Assembly: GCA_951406725.2 (NCBI GenBank)
Contig: OX597814.1
Location: 53,940,001 to 54,004,000, forward strand
Length of the DNA: 64,000 nucleotides
Direction of reading: 5' to 3'
DNA from: Octopus vulgaris
Lineage: Eukaryota
Shown: piece after piece, positions 63,712 through 64,000 of the stretch
How positions within the stretch are numbered: position 1 is the stretch's first letter
Layout: each line of letters begins with the position of its first letter
Notes under the pieces: generated by a model
The model's database searches: none
Told to the model about the DNA's origin: nothing
What the model saw: the letters and a program-made list of their open reading frames with translations, nothing else
Translations under genes and position numbers: made by a program

Positions 63712-64000
63712 TATAGCATACGCTCAGTGAAATTCTCTCTCTCTCTCTGTTATATATAACATAAATACAGACATAGCAGATAACAGCTAACCTTCGGCCG
63801 TTTGGACCCTGTTATGTCTACTACTCTGATTGGTTGGTATTGGCGCAATTTGTCTCTTGCTCTATTACGCGCCAAAGTGCAACCCAATCAATTGCAACCT
63901 TCTGATAAGGTCCTGTGACACAGTCTTCTAAATTCTCCGTTGGAGCCTCCTAGTTACTATAAAAGTTAGATCAACAAACCGTATTTCGTCTTTGGTTCTA
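63712..64000 (+). mobile_element. LTR family A, 5' (U3) part, runs off the window end
   Basis: Colinear with 6494-6765 (gaaattctctctctctct, cttcggccgtttggacc, ctactctgattggttggtattggcgcaat, ccttctgataaggtcc.gtgacacagtcttctaaa). TATAAAA at 63958-63964. Confidence 0.88.

Overview
AT-rich eukaryotic DNA, most likely octopus/coleoid cephalopod, inferred from the abundant SINE and RTE-tail repeat families. Two intact, convergent housekeeping genes can be assembled exon by exon with all GT-AG introns: SEC61 alpha (+, 12 coding exons, 10714-25392, 475 aa) and PRPF4/Prp4 U4/U6 snRNP WD40 protein (-, 15 coding exons, 59898-36668, 512 aa). The first ~9.6 kb is a nested transposon pile: a Hero/R4-type RLE remnant, a truncated LTR, an RT-deleted Tx1/L1-clade LINE with two head-to-head solo LTRs in its ORF1, and a Buster-type hAT. 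Introns and the intergenic gap hold CR1, RTE, mariner, piggyBac-MITE and many tRNA-SINE copies. The most notable observation is that two Deu/Nin-domain tRNA-SINE copies with long target-site duplications share their 3' tail (14-nt identity plus a sequence-diverged stem-loop before AATAAA) with the Tx1 LINE in this window, suggesting a Tx1-SINE partnership. Other candidates are two intronic hairpins, a triplicated splice acceptor and a possibly spliced SEC61A 3' UTR. All coordinates and alignments were read by eye; no searches were run.
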